A stretch of DNA of 64,000 nucleotides from Kiritimatiellia bacterium (GTDB lineage Bacteria; Verrucomicrobiota; Kiritimatiellia; RFP12; JBMNHG01). The first letter of the stretch is position 1. Every line of letters begins with the position of its first letter. The DNA lies in NCBI GenBank assembly GCA_050950285.1, contig JBMNHG010000008.1:620001-684000 (forward strand), written 5' to 3'. The translations under genes and the position numbers were made by a program. Positions 19,406-31,881 of this stretch are shown here, one piece after another. The notes beneath the pieces were generated by a model that was not told the DNA's origin, did no database searches, and saw only the letters and a list, made by a program, of their open reading frames with translations.

Positions 19406-20515
19406 CTACACGATCAGGTCGATTTTCAATCCGTTGCCGGACGGGCGCACGTCGGAGACGCCGAGCGTCTTCCGCGTGACATTGAGGATCGTGGCGCGAT
19501 AGTCCACGCGGATCTTTTCCCGGGCGGGGAGCCAGGCGAAGGCGGGGTCGCCGTGCATCGTGCCGCGCGAAACCTGTTCCCTGAGGTTGGTCGGGAAGGG
19601 CGTATTGGCGAATTCCATGCCGCGGGCGAGGGTGCGCCCGTTCCACGGGGCGAAGTCGCGGGAGAAGTTCTCTTCCCAGCTGCCCACCCAGGGGAAGTCG
19701 CGGCGGTCCCAGTGGTAGGCCACGAGCACGCCTTCCTCGGGGTTGACCGCGCTGAACCAGGCGTCTTCGCGCCCGGGGTCCATGTGCTGGGCGGTGAAGT
19801 CCGAGTTGGAGCGGGGGCGCTTGCCGATGGTGCGGAGGTTCACGCGTTCGCCCCCGACGCCGGGGCCGATAGGCCAGTCGAAGGCGGTGTCGGTCAGGAG
19901 GCGCTGGTCTTCGCTGAAGGTCTTGGGGAAGGTGTGGCCGACGTCGCAGGACATGTCGAAGAGCGTGACGCCCGGCTTCAGGAAGGGGGGTCCGAAGGTG
20001 ACATGCTCGGCGAAGGTGAACGGGGTATCGCGCCAGAGCAGGTTTTCCATCTCCTCGCTGAACTCGACGATGTTGGAATTGGGGCGGAGCGTGATGCTCC
20101 GGATCACGCGCAGGCCGGCGTTGGAAAGCTCGGCGCCGACGCGCAGGCGCGCATGGCGCGAGGTCACGTTCCGTTCGAGCTGTTTCCAGCGGACGACGCC
20201 CGCCTCTCCGTGCCCGTCCGCACCCAGCTCCTTCTCGGCGGTGGAGGGGTCGCCGAAGTAGTGGAGGCATAGCGAATGCCCGGCGATCGAGGCGAGGAGC
20301 GGGGATTCCCCCCAGTCGCCTTTGTTCGCGGCCTTGCGGTAGCGCCAGGGCTCGATGGTGGGCCACGGCGGCGTCCAGAGCGGATTCATCGCCGGCTTGT
20401 CCGCAAGGGTGAGGCTGGCGATGTGGCCGCCGCCTCCGAGAACCACCACGCGGATGACGCCGTTCGAGAGTTCCCAAGCCTCCCGGCCCAGATGTTGGAT
20501 GCGTTTGACCGTCAT
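19406..20515 (-). CDS. Galactose mutarotase-like (aldose 1-epimerase/DUF4432-like) protein
   Basis: ELSNGVIRVVVL..GGHIASL, HGEA, EHVTFG, ARGMEF pattern. Confidence 0.65.
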   Translation of the reverse strand: MTVKRIQHLGREAWELSNGVIRVVVLGGGGHIASLTLADKPAMNPLWTPPWPTIEPWRYRKAANKGDWGESPLLASIAGHSLCLHYFGDPSTAEKELGADGHGEAGVVRWKQLERNVTSRHARLRVGAELSNAGLRVIRSITLRPNSNIVEFSEEMENLLWRDTPFTFAEHVTFGPPFLKPGVTLFDMSCDVGHTFPKTFSEDQRLLTDTAFDWPIGPGVGGERVNLRTIGKRPRSNSDFTAQHMDPGREDAWFSAVNPEEGVLVAYHWDRRDFPWVGSWEENFSRDFAPWNGRTLARGMEFANTPFPTNLREQVSRGTMHGDPAFAWLPAREKIRVDYRATILNVTRKTLGVSDVRPSGNGLKIDLIV

Positions 20516-20699
20516 GGGCCGAAGTGTAGCGCACCGGCACGGCAAGCGGCAACTGAAAACAGGGTTGGCGCCCGCAGGAGGAGCCGGCGCGAGCCTGTCT
20601 CCTGAAGCGGCATTTCCCCCTTTGCGCGCGCACCGGAATTCCTCTGGTCCGGCGCGCGCGGGGGCAGGCCCTGCGGGAAGGGGCGGGGAAGCGGCAGGG

Positions 20700-23600
20700 T
20701 TATTCGACGGTGGCGACGCCCCAGTGCCGGGGCTCGAGGCGGGACTCGTTCGGGATGTCGTTGACGACGCCGGCGGAGAAGCCTTCGTTGCGGGCGTAGG
20801 CTCGGAGTGCCGCGCGGGTTCCTTCGGCGTTGCCGAAGATGTAGCCCACGTCCATCCGCACCTTCTGTCCGGGCTGGAGCGGAGCCATGCCGATGGACGC
20901 GAAGGGGAGGGTGACGGTGGCCTCGAAGCCTCCGTTGGTCGGGCGGTAGTCGAGCGCGAGGCCGGCGACCTCCGTGATGCGGTCGAAGCGCTCTGTTCCG
21001 GTCGGGGAGCGGTAGACCCTGTCGGGCTCGCCTTCGAAGCCGGCCACCTTGGGCGCGAAGCAGCGCGCGAAAGGCTGGCCGTCGCGGCGGGTCACGAGGA
21101 TTCGGATGTCGCCCGGCAGCAGGTCCTTCCCGGCCTCCTCCCCGCGTTCGAGCGGTGCGTTGGCGTCGGTTGCGATTTGGATGTCGAGGCAGTTGCCGCT
21201 GTGGAAGAGCAGCTTCTCGTCCGCCGCCGCGTTCACGAGTTCCGCGGGCGCCGCGACGGAATAGGCGACGTAGAGGTTCCGGGCGTCGTAGGCGAGGCGG
21301 GTCTCGAAGGAGCGGGTGGAATCGATGTGCTTGCCCACGGCGGTGGCGGCGGAGAGGGCTTCGCGTCCGCGCACGATGGGCATCCCCTTGGTTTCCGCGA
21401 GGAGCCGGTTGTATTCGGCGAGGCCGTCGGCGGCCTGCGCGGCGAGGGCTTCGGTGTGCTCGTAGGTGCCGCCTTCGAGGTCCTTCACGGTGTCGAGGCC
21501 GACCACCTCCCACACGCGGGAGTCCTGGCCGCCATGGATGACGAAGTAGCGGTCCCGGCCGTCGACGGCGAGTTTCACGAACTGGCCGTTCTGGCCTTCG
21601 GGTTGTCCTTCGTTGGTGCCATGGGCGGGTTTCTCCTGCCCGGCGACACGGCCGTCCTTGAGCACGGCGGCGATATAGACGCCGTCGTTGCGGATGATGT
21701 GGTTCACGCCGAAATAGGTCATGAGCGCCACGTAGTCGCCGCCCACGCCCATGATGCCGGTCGTTCCCCAGAGGCGTCCCGGGCCGGTGATGGGCATGTT
21801 GAGGGCGTTGTGCCACCCGACGATGTCGGGGTAGTCCCAGAGGAGGGTTCCGTCGGGGGCCCGTTTCACCAGGCAGGGGCCTTCCCCGTTGCGCATGGTG
21901 TAGAACGAGCCGTCGGCGTCGATGGCGAAGTAGCCATGGGAGAGGTTGCCCTTCGCGGGGGAGCCTTCGGCGGAGAAGGGGGTGTCGACGCCCTGGTCGT
22001 AGTCGTAGAGCGGCTGGCCGTCGGGGGTGACTTCCACGGGGCGCAGGATGCGGCCGTCGGAGAGCCAGGCGTTGAGGTCCTTGTCGAGCCACACGAAGAC
22101 GGGGGCTCCCCAGGGGATGGCGAGTTTCTGGATTTCCTCCTCCTGCATCGTCTGGTCGTTGTTGGCATCCTGCCAGAAGTAGGCGCCGTTCGAGTAGCGT
22201 TCGGTGTCGGCCTCGAAGAGGGGGAATTCGGATTTCTCGCCGAAGAAGACGTAGCCCCGGTTGATGGAGAGGAAGGCGGCGAAGGGAACGAAGTGGTCGC
22301 CCTCCGCGCGCATGATCACGGATTTGAACCTGCCGTTTCCCCAGATGTACTGCCTGCCGTTGTTCGCGGTGATGACGCGCGGCGTCGCATTGTATCCTTC
22401 GGGGCCGGGCGGCGGCATCTGGTTGGGCGCCGTCGGGCGCCATGCGGTGCTGGCGGGTTTTCCGGAGGGGACGGACCAGTCGATGTCCCACAGGGTGTGG
22501 TGGGCGTAGATCTGGTCGGGGCGGTCGGGGTCGATGCACCCGTAGCCGAAGTATCCGGAGCCGCCGAAGAACTCCTTCTCCAGGGCGCCGCTGGCGGTGT
22601 TCCAGACGCTCACGCGCTTGGGGCCGTCCGTGGTCTCGGCGACCCACACGCGCCCGTGCGCATCGAGGGCGATGCCGCCGGGGAAATACATTCCGGAGGG
22701 ATCGTAGGCGCCGATGGCGGGGCGGCCGCCGGCCTTGCCGATGGAGCGCAGGGGGGTGCCGTCGGCGGCGAAGACGGCGAGGTTCTGGCGTGCGCCGCGG
22801 CAGGCCACGACGATGGAGCCGTCGGCCGCGACATCGAGGGCGACGGGCTCGTCGAGGGCGTCCGCGGGGACGAGGTCGCGCGGCGCGCCGTTTTCGAAGG
22901 CGACCACCTTCCCCTGGCTGATGGCGAGCAGGGCGCCGTCGGCGGGGCGGATCGCGAGGCGTCCGGGCGCGGGCAGCGGGAGGCGCTCCAGCACGTCTCC
23001 GGTGGCGGCATCGTACACGACGGCGAGGTCGCGCGCGGCGTACGAGACGTAGAGCTTCCCGGCGGCGCAGGCGAGGCCCGAGACGCCGTTGTTCGCGGCT
23101 TCATCGGCTTCGGGGTCGAAGAACGAGGGCTTCCCGTTGGGGAGCGAGGCGGGGCGGGAGTCGACGGCTTCGATGATCTGCACGCCCGTCGCGGAGAAAA
23201 AGCCGCCGGGGCCTGCCAGGAAGAGGAGGCGGCCGTCGGTGGCCATGTGGGCGGCGCAATACTTCGATCCCCAGAGCTTTCGGCCGCTGGCGTCCACGCG
23301 GATGACCCCCCATCCGTATTCGCAGCCGTCCCAGGAGAGGAACATGTCGTCGCCGATGCGGCATGCGGCGGCGGGCGTGCCGTGGTCGCCTCCCCAGCCT
23401 CCCCGGTTGTCGTCGGTGGGGTACGGCGGGTTGCCGGAGTTGTGCACGGAAAAGCGCCATTCGGCGGCGACGGGCTGGTGGTAGACGCCCTTCCAGGCGT
23501 AGGTGCCGGGAGGGAGCGGGACGCCCGAATCGTCGCATCCGTCCCAGAGCTCGGTGTTCGCGCCGGCGCGGCGGAACTGCTGGGCCACGAGCATGCGCAC

Positions 23601-24539
23601 GGATTCCCCTTTTGCATCGAAGAGCTGGACGGTGACCTCGCTGTCTTCGGGCACGTCGTAGGAGAACTTGAGGGGGAGCGGTTTTTCGGGGGGGAGGCCG
23701 GCGGCGACGAGCTTCCGGTCCACGTTGTTCTCCGGCCAGAGGATGAGCTTGCCCCAGACGTTCGCGTTCTGGAACGAGAAGCCGGAGCCGTTCATCACGT
23801 CGTAGGCCCAGGCGGCGCCGCCGGCGGTCTTGAGTCCGTCGGGGCGGCTCCAGAAGACGGCGAGCGAGAGCGGTATGATGTCGTTGGCCTTCGGCGTGCG
23901 TTTCATGCCCATGACGGCCCAGGGGATGCGGTACTCGAAGGTATAGCCGCCGCCATCCTCCTGCCGGCGGAAGGCTCCGGAGAACTCGCCGGGCGGGATG
24001 ACGCCGTTGGCGCCGAGGTCGGGGCGCATCGGCTTGTTGAAGCCCATGGCGCGGAAGACGGCGAGGCAGGGCTCCTGGCGGTCGGTGAAATACCAGAGCA
24101 TCATCGTGCCGGCGTCCACCGACTTGTGTTGCGGGTCGAACGAGGAGAAGTGGAGCGGCCACGCGGCGTCGGGGTCGGCGCCGAAGAAGATCTGGCAGAC
24201 GTCTGCGTCCCACGCCTTGTCCGCATCGGTCTTCGGATCGTGGCGGTTCATCATGGGCGAGGTGTCGCGCACGATGCCGGAGACGTAGAGGGCGTCGCCG
24301 TCGTACATCATCGCGGTGCGCGCGGACTGCATGTCCTGCGTTTCGGGGACGACGTAGCTGAGGATCTGGCCGGAGAGATCCCAGTCTTCGAGGTCGCCGT
24401 CGACGGTGATTTCCCCGGGTGCGGGCGTGGCGTAGATCTGCTTGTGGCGGCCGCGGCCGGACGCCCGGGCGTCCGGCGCGAGAAGGGCGGCGACCGCGAG
24501 CGCGAGGAAGGGGAGGGGAAGGCGTGGGGACACGTTCAT
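20700..24539 (-). CDS. Large secreted protein: CBM9-like sugar-binding domains at both ends, FlgD-type Ig domain, NHL/beta-propeller repeats
   Basis: Signal peptide; ITVDGDLEDWD..MYDGDALY..YTFEYRIPW; LWDGCDDSGVPLPPGTY; PGGIALDAHGRVWVAE; C-terminal LAYDARNLY..FEATVTLPF. Confidence 0.72.
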   Translation of the reverse strand: MNVSPRLPLPFLALAVAALLAPDARASGRGRHKQIYATPAPGEITVDGDLEDWDLSGQILSYVVPETQDMQSARTAMMYDGDALYVSGIVRDTSPMMNRHDPKTDADKAWDADVCQIFFGADPDAAWPLHFSSFDPQHKSVDAGTMMLWYFTDRQEPCLAVFRAMGFNKPMRPDLGANGVIPPGEFSGAFRRQEDGGGYTFEYRIPWAVMGMKRTPKANDIIPLSLAVFWSRPDGLKTAGGAAWAYDVMNGSGFSFQNANVWGKLILWPENNVDRKLVAAGLPPEKPLPLKFSYDVPEDSEVTVQLFDAKGESVRMLVAQQFRRAGANTELWDGCDDSGVPLPPGTYAWKGVYHQPVAAEWRFSVHNSGNPPYPTDDNRGGWGGDHGTPAAACRIGDDMFLSWDGCEYGWGVIRVDASGRKLWGSKYCAAHMATDGRLLFLAGPGGFFSATGVQIIEAVDSRPASLPNGKPSFFDPEADEAANNGVSGLACAAGKLYVSYAARDLAVVYDAATGDVLERLPLPAPGRLAIRPADGALLAISQGKVVAFENGAPRDLVPADALDEPVALDVAADGSIVVACRGARQNLAVFAADGTPLRSIGKAGGRPAIGAYDPSGMYFPGGIALDAHGRVWVAETTDGPKRVSVWNTASGALEKEFFGGSGYFGYGCIDPDRPDQIYAHHTLWDIDWSVPSGKPASTAWRPTAPNQMPPPGPEGYNATPRVITANNGRQYIWGNGRFKSVIMRAEGDHFVPFAAFLSINRGYVFFGEKSEFPLFEADTERYSNGAYFWQDANNDQTMQEEEIQKLAIPWGAPVFVWLDKDLNAWLSDGRILRPVEVTPDGQPLYDYDQGVDTPFSAEGSPAKGNLSHGYFAIDADGSFYTMRNGEGPCLVKRAPDGTLLWDYPDIVGWHNALNMPITGPGRLWGTTGIMGVGGDYVALMTYFGVNHIIRNDGVYIAAVLKDGRVAGQEKPAHGTNEGQPEGQNGQFVKLAVDGRDRYFVIHGGQDSRVWEVVGLDTVKDLEGGTYEHTEALAAQAADGLAEYNRLLAETKGMPIVRGREALSAATAVGKHIDSTRSFETRLAYDARNLYVAYSVAAPAELVNAAADEKLLFHSGNCLDIQIATDANAPLERGEEAGKDLLPGDIRILVTRRDGQPFARCFAPKVAGFEGEPDRVYRSPTGTERFDRITEVAGLALDYRPTNGGFEATVTLPFASIGMAPLQPGQKVRMDVGYIFGNAEGTRAALRAYARNEGFSAGVVNDIPNESRLEPRHWGVATVE

Positions 24540-24617
24540 GGGGACTCTCCTTGGGATCGGTTGGGTATCGACTCGATGCGGATCGTAGCGGATTTGTCCG
24601 AAGCATGGCAAGCGTGT

Positions 24618-24646
24618 TTGACATCATCCGCCGGGGTCCGTATAAT
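24618..24646 (+). promoter_or_regulatory. Perfect sigma70 consensus promoter upstream of nifJ
   Basis: TTGACA-N17-TATAAT, 108 bp upstream of the nifJ ATG. Confidence 0.85.
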
Positions 24647-24754
24647 TGCACGTCAATTTCAAACGTCCACGGTTTCACGGAACACGCGGGCTTTCGCGCC
24701 ATGCGGCGCACGTACTTCCGGCCCGGACGCCGTCCATCCCCCGAAACGATCCCC

Positions 24755-27700
24755 ATGGCTAAGAAAATCATGGTCGACGGCAACACCGCCGCGGCCCAAG
24801 TCGCTTTCGCGTGCTCGGAAGTAGCCGCGATCTACCCGATCACTCCGTCCTCGCCCATGGCCGAGACGTGTGACGAGCTCGCCGCCCGTGCCAAGACGAA
24901 CATCTGGGGCTCGATTCCCACGGTCGTCGCGATGGAGTCCGAAGGCGGCGCCGCCGGCGCGGTCCATGGCGCGCTCACGACCGGCTCGCTCACGACGACC
25001 TTCACGGCGTCGCAGGGCCTTCTCCTGATGATCCCGAACATGTACAAGATCGCCGGCGAACTCAGCCCGACGGTCTTCCATGTCTCCGCCCGCTCCCTCG
25101 CCTGCCAGGGCCTCTGCATCTTCGGCGACCATGGCGACGTGATGGCCTGCCGCCAGACCGGCTTCGCGATGCTTTGCTCGAACAGCGTCCAGGAAGCGCA
25201 CGACATGGCCATGGTGGCCCACGCCGCCACGCTCGAGAGCAAGGTGCCGTTCCTCCACTTCTTCGACGGCTTCCGCACCTCCCACGAGATCCAGAAGATC
25301 GACGAAATCTCGATGGAGACCATCCGCGAGATGATCGACGACCGGTTCGTCGCCGACTTCCGCGCCCGCGCCCTCAGCCCCGAGCGCCCCATGATGCGCG
25401 GCACGGCGCAGAACCCCGACATGAACTTCCAGGGCCGCGAGTCGTGCCAGAAATACTACGACGCCACGCCCGCGATCGTCCAGAAGACCATGGACAAGTT
25501 CGCGCAGCTCACCGGCCGCGCCTACAAGCTGTACGACTACGTCGGCGCCCCCGACGCGGAATACGTCGCCATCGCCATGGGCTCCGGCTGCGACACGCTG
25601 CACGAGACCGTCGACGCCCTCGTCAGGCAGGGCAGGAAGGTCGGCCTCGTCAAGGTCCGCCTGTACCGTCCCTTCTCGATGAAGGACTTCGCCCTGGCCA
25701 TCCCCCCCACCGTCAAGGCCATCACCGTGCTCGATCGCACGAAAGAGCCCGGCGCCATCGGCGACCCGCTCTACCTCGACGTCTGCGCCGCCATCGGCCA
25801 GGCCAAGCAGGACGGCCTCGTCCCCTGGAAGTACCCGACGATCGTCGCCGGCCGCTACGGCCTTGGTTCCAAGGATTTCACCCCGCAGATGTGCGCGGCC
25901 GTCTTCGCGAACATGGAGAAGGAGAAGCCCCTCGACCACTTCGTCGTCGGCATCGTGGACGACGTCACCGGCCGCTACCTCCTCGGCGACGACTCCTTCG
26001 TGGTCCCCACCGGAGACCGCAAGGAGTGCATGTTCTGGGGCCTCGGCGCGGACGGCACCGTCGGCGCGAACAAGAACTCCATCACGATCATCGGCAACTA
26101 CACCGAGAACTTCGCGCAGGGCTACTTCGAGTACGACTCCAAGAAGTCCGGCGGCGTCACCATCTCGCACCTCCGCTTCGGTTCCGAGATGATCCGCAGC
26201 CCGTACTTCATCAACTCCGCCGACTTCACCGCCTGCCACTGCTTCCCGTACCTCGAGAAGTACGACATGCTCCAGTCCGCGAAGAAGGGCTCCATCTTCC
26301 TCCTCGCCTCGCCCTACCCGGCGGCCGAGATCTGGGACCACATGCCCGACGAGGTCGAGCAGGCCATCATCGACAAGCAGATCCGGTTCTACGTGATCGA
26401 CGCCGCGAGGATCGCCCGCGAGAACGGCATGGGGACGCGCACCAACACCGTGCTCCAGACCGCCTTCTTCAAGCTCTCGGGCATCACGCTCACCAAGGCC
26501 GACGGCACGCTGCTCGACCCCGTCCAGGTCCTCAAGGACTACGCGACCAAGGCGTACTCCAGGAAGGGCGAAGAGGTCGTGGCGATGAACCACCGGTGCA
26601 TCGAGGCCGCAAGCGCCGCCATCGAGGAGGTCAACTACCCCTCGAAGCCCGCCGGCAAGCTCAAGATGCCGCCCGCAGTCTCCGCCGAGGCCCCCGAGTT
26701 CGTCCGGAACGTCACCGCCAAGATGATCGCCCAGAAGGGCAACGACCTCAAGGTCTCCGAAATCCCCGACGACGGCACCTGGCCCACCGCCACCACGCAG
26801 TGGGAGAAGCGCAACGTCGCCGCCTTCATCCCGCAGTGGGATCCCGCCGCCTGCATCCAGTGCGGCCAGTGCTCCGCCATCTGCCCCCACGCCGCCATCC
26901 GCATCAAGGCCTACGCCGCCTCCGACCTCGCCGGCGCTCCCGCCACCTTCAAGAGCGCGGACGCCAAGCCCGCCCTCAAGGCCTTCGGCGAGAAGGTGAC
27001 CCTCCAGGTCGCCCCCGAGGACTGCATGGGCTGCGAGCTCTGCGTCGTGAAGTGCCCGATGGCCGCCAAGGGCGCCCTCAAGATGGTCGAGCAGATCCCG
27101 CTCCGCAAGACCGAGTCCGAGAACTGGAAGTTCTTCCTCGACCTGCCCGAGGTCGATCCCGCCAAGCTCGACACCCGGAAACTCCTCGACTCCCAGCTCA
27201 AGCGCCCGCTCTTCGAGTTCTCCGGCGCCTGCGCAGGGTGCGGCGAGACTCCGTACGTCAAGCTCCTGACCCAGATCTGCGGCGACCGCCTCCTCATCGC
27301 GAACGCCACCGGCTGCTCGTCGATCTACGGCGGCAACCTGCCCACCACGCCCTACTGCCAGCGCAAGGATGGCAAGGGCCCGGCCTGGTCGAACTCCCTC
27401 TTCGAGGACAACGCCCAGTTCGGTCTCGGCATGCGCGTCTCGGCCGACAAGCTCTACGGCTTCGCCATGGAACTCGTCGACAAGGTGCTCGCCAACGGCG
27501 AAACCCCCGCCGAGGTCAAGGCGGTCTGCGAAACGATCAAGACGATCGACCAGTACGACGAGAAGGGCCAGGGCGTCGAGGCCATGCGCGCCGCCGTCGC
27601 CGAGCTCAAGAAGCTCCTCGGCGGCTGCAGCTGCGAATGCCCCGTCGCCAGGCAGCTCCTCTCGGTCGCGGACGACCTCGTCCGCAAGTCCGTGTGGATT

Positions 27701-28357
27701 CTCGGCGGCGACGGCTGGGCCTACGACATCGGCTACGGCGGACTCGACCACGTGATCGCTTCCGGCAAGAACGTGAAGATCCTCGTGCTGGACACCGAGG
27801 TCTACTCGAACACGGGCGGCCAGGCCTCCAAGGCCACGCCGACCGGCGCGATCGCCAAGTTCGCGGCCGCCGGCAAGCGCCAGGCCAAGAAGAACCTCGG
27901 CCTGATGCAGATGCAGTACAGGAACGCCTACATCGCGTACGTTTCGATGGGCGCCAATCCCGCCGCGTGCGTCAGGGCCTTCAACGAAGCCGAAGCCTAC
28001 GACGGCCCCGCGCTGATCATCGCCTACGCGCACTGCATCGAGCAGGGCCTCCTCACGAAGACCGGTCCCGCCCACCAGCAGGCCGCCGTCGACTCCGTCC
28101 ACTTCCCGCTGTGGCGCTACAACCCGATGGCCCAGCTCGAAGGCAAGAACGGCCTCACGATCGATTCCAAGGACAAGAGCGACACCGTCTCCTTCGCGGA
28201 GAAGGCGGTCTCGAAGGAGGTCGGCGAGAACCGCTTCCGCCAGCTCGTGAAGGTCCTCGGCGAGGACGCCGCCATGGACCTCCTGAAGCAGGCCGAAGCC
28301 GACTTCAAGGAGAACTACCGCTTCCTCGAGCAGCTCGCCAGCCTCGAAAAGCTGTAA
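24755..28357 (+). CDS. nifJ: Pyruvate:ferredoxin (flavodoxin) oxidoreductase
   Basis: YPITPSS, SEGGAAG, TTFTASQGLLLM, CIQCGQCSAICP and CMGCELCVVKCP Fe-S motifs, FEFSGACAGCGE, GGDGWAYDIG. Confidence 0.96.
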   Translation: MAKKIMVDGNTAAAQVAFACSEVAAIYPITPSSPMAETCDELAARAKTNIWGSIPTVVAMESEGGAAGAVHGALTTGSLTTTFTASQGLLLMIPNMYKIAGELSPTVFHVSARSLACQGLCIFGDHGDVMACRQTGFAMLCSNSVQEAHDMAMVAHAATLESKVPFLHFFDGFRTSHEIQKIDEISMETIREMIDDRFVADFRARALSPERPMMRGTAQNPDMNFQGRESCQKYYDATPAIVQKTMDKFAQLTGRAYKLYDYVGAPDAEYVAIAMGSGCDTLHETVDALVRQGRKVGLVKVRLYRPFSMKDFALAIPPTVKAITVLDRTKEPGAIGDPLYLDVCAAIGQAKQDGLVPWKYPTIVAGRYGLGSKDFTPQMCAAVFANMEKEKPLDHFVVGIVDDVTGRYLLGDDSFVVPTGDRKECMFWGLGADGTVGANKNSITIIGNYTENFAQGYFEYDSKKSGGVTISHLRFGSEMIRSPYFINSADFTACHCFPYLEKYDMLQSAKKGSIFLLASPYPAAEIWDHMPDEVEQAIIDKQIRFYVIDAARIARENGMGTRTNTVLQTAFFKLSGITLTKADGTLLDPVQVLKDYATKAYSRKGEEVVAMNHRCIEAASAAIEEVNYPSKPAGKLKMPPAVSAEAPEFVRNVTAKMIAQKGNDLKVSEIPDDGTWPTATTQWEKRNVAAFIPQWDPAACIQCGQCSAICPHAAIRIKAYAASDLAGAPATFKSADAKPALKAFGEKVTLQVAPEDCMGCELCVVKCPMAAKGALKMVEQIPLRKTESENWKFFLDLPEVDPAKLDTRKLLDSQLKRPLFEFSGACAGCGETPYVKLLTQICGDRLLIANATGCSSIYGGNLPTTPYCQRKDGKGPAWSNSLFEDNAQFGLGMRVSADKLYGFAMELVDKVLANGETPAEVKAVCETIKTIDQYDEKGQGVEAMRAAVAELKKLLGGCSCECPVARQLLSVADDLVRKSVWILGGDGWAYDIGYGGLDHVIASGKNVKILVLDTEVYSNTGGQASKATPTGAIAKFAAAGKRQAKKNLGLMQMQYRNAYIAYVSMGANPAACVRAFNEAEAYDGPALIIAYAHCIEQGLLTKTGPAHQQAAVDSVHFPLWRYNPMAQLEGKNGLTIDSKDKSDTVSFAEKAVSKEVGENRFRQLVKVLGEDAAMDLLKQAEADFKENYRFLEQLASLEKL

Positions 28358-28379
28358 TCCCCGGCGATTCGACACAATC

Positions 28380-28418
28380 AAAACCCGGGTGCGAGCCCCC
28401 TCGCACCCGGGTTTTTTG
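28380..28418. terminator. Bidirectional intrinsic terminator between convergent nifJ and ftsH
   Basis: AAAACCCGGGTGCGAG-CCCC-CTCGCACCCGGGTTTTTT. Confidence 0.88.
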
Positions 28419-28462
28419 CGTCCATCCCGGGCGCACCGCCGTGCCGTGACGGCGTCGTCGGA

Positions 28463-30481
<2,019 letters not shown>

Positions 30482-30543
30482 GGTGGAGCAATTTTGTTGA
30501 ACGGGGGGGAAGCAAGGCCGGATGGTGCGCGGGGCCGTGGAGT

Positions 30544-31764
30544 TCAGTCCAGGGTGTGCACCAGCAGGCCGGAACGGAGTTTGGGTTCGAACCAGGTGCT
30601 CTTGGGGGGCATGATCTGGCCGGCGTCGGCGATGTCCATCATCTGCGCAACGGTCACGGGAACCATGGCGAAGGCCACGGCGGCCTCGCCGGAATCCACG
30701 CGGGCGGCGAGTTCGGCGTTCCCGCGGACGCCGCCCAGGAAGGAGATGCGGGTGTCGGTGCGCGGGTCGTCGATGCCCAGGACGGGCGCGAGCAGGCGCT
30801 GCTGGAGCACGCTGACGTCGAGGCGTCCCACGGGATCGGCGGCGTCGGGCGTCCAGGAGAGGCGATACCACTCCCCGGCGAGGTACATGTCCGCCTGGCC
30901 GGGCGCGTCCGCGCCGGGCGCGTCTTCGCGGCGGATGTCGAAGCGTTCGCCCGCCTTGGCGAGGAAGTCCTGCGTGGAGAGGCCGTTCAGGTCTTGCACG
31001 AGGCGGTTGTAGGGGAGGATGTTCAGCTGCGAGGCGGGGAAGATCACGGCCATGAAGCCGTTGTACTCTTCGGTGCCGGTGTGGGAGGGATTTGCCTCGC
31101 GCAGGATTTTCCCGGCACGGGCGGCGGCGGCGGAACGGTGGTGGCCGTCCGCCACGTAGGCCGCGGGGATGCCGGCGAAGGCGTCGATCCACGGTTGCGG
31201 GCAGCCTTCGACGATCCACACGGTGTGGCGGACGCCGTCCGGGGCGGTGAAGTCGTAGACGGGCGCGGCCTCGAGCGCCTGGGCGGCGAGGGCGTCGATG
31301 GCGGGGGAGTCGCGGTAGGTCAGGAAGACGGGGCCGGAGTTCGCCCGGAGGGCGAGGACGTGGCGCGTGCGGTCGTCTTCCTTGTCTTGGCGCGTTTTCT
31401 CGTGCTTGCGGATCACGTTGCCCAGGTAGTCGTCCACGGCGCAGCAGGCGACGAGCCCGGTCTGGCTGTGGGCGCCCATGACCTGGCGATAGAGGTAGAA
31501 GCGGGGCTGGTCCTCGCGCACGAGCGACCCGCGGCCCTGGAGGCCGGCGAACGCCTTGGCGGCGGTCTCGTACACGATGGGGTCACAGGGGTCGGTATCG
31601 TCCGGCAGGTCGATGTCGGGGCGGGACACATGGAGGAAGCTGTCGGGATTGCCGGCGGCAAGGATCCGGGCCTCGGCGGTGTCGACCACGTCATAGGGGA
31701 CGGCCGCGATGGCGGCGGCCTTGCCGGGGGCGGGGCGGAGGGCGGCAAAGGGGGATACTTTCAT
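30544..31764 (-). CDS. DUF1015 family protein
   Basis: PYDV, IRKHEKT, YVADGHHRSAAA, MPPKSTWFEPKLRSGL. Confidence 0.9.
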   Translation of the reverse strand: MKVSPFAALRPAPGKAAAIAAVPYDVVDTAEARILAAGNPDSFLHVSRPDIDLPDDTDPCDPIVYETAAKAFAGLQGRGSLVREDQPRFYLYRQVMGAHSQTGLVACCAVDDYLGNVIRKHEKTRQDKEDDRTRHVLALRANSGPVFLTYRDSPAIDALAAQALEAAPVYDFTAPDGVRHTVWIVEGCPQPWIDAFAGIPAAYVADGHHRSAAAARAGKILREANPSHTGTEEYNGFMAVIFPASQLNILPYNRLVQDLNGLSTQDFLAKAGERFDIRREDAPGADAPGQADMYLAGEWYRLSWTPDAADPVGRLDVSVLQQRLLAPVLGIDDPRTDTRISFLGGVRGNAELAARVDSGEAAVAFAMVPVTVAQMMDIADAGQIMPPKSTWFEPKLRSGLLVHTLD

Positions 31765-31881
31765 GAAGATTCGCAAAGCTGGAGGCAAAATGTGACGGAA
31801 CGGCGAATTATCCCGTTTGCGGGGTGGGAATGCAAACCCCAATATCAAAAGGTGCGAGGGCGCGAGGGGCGCCTTCGCGGG

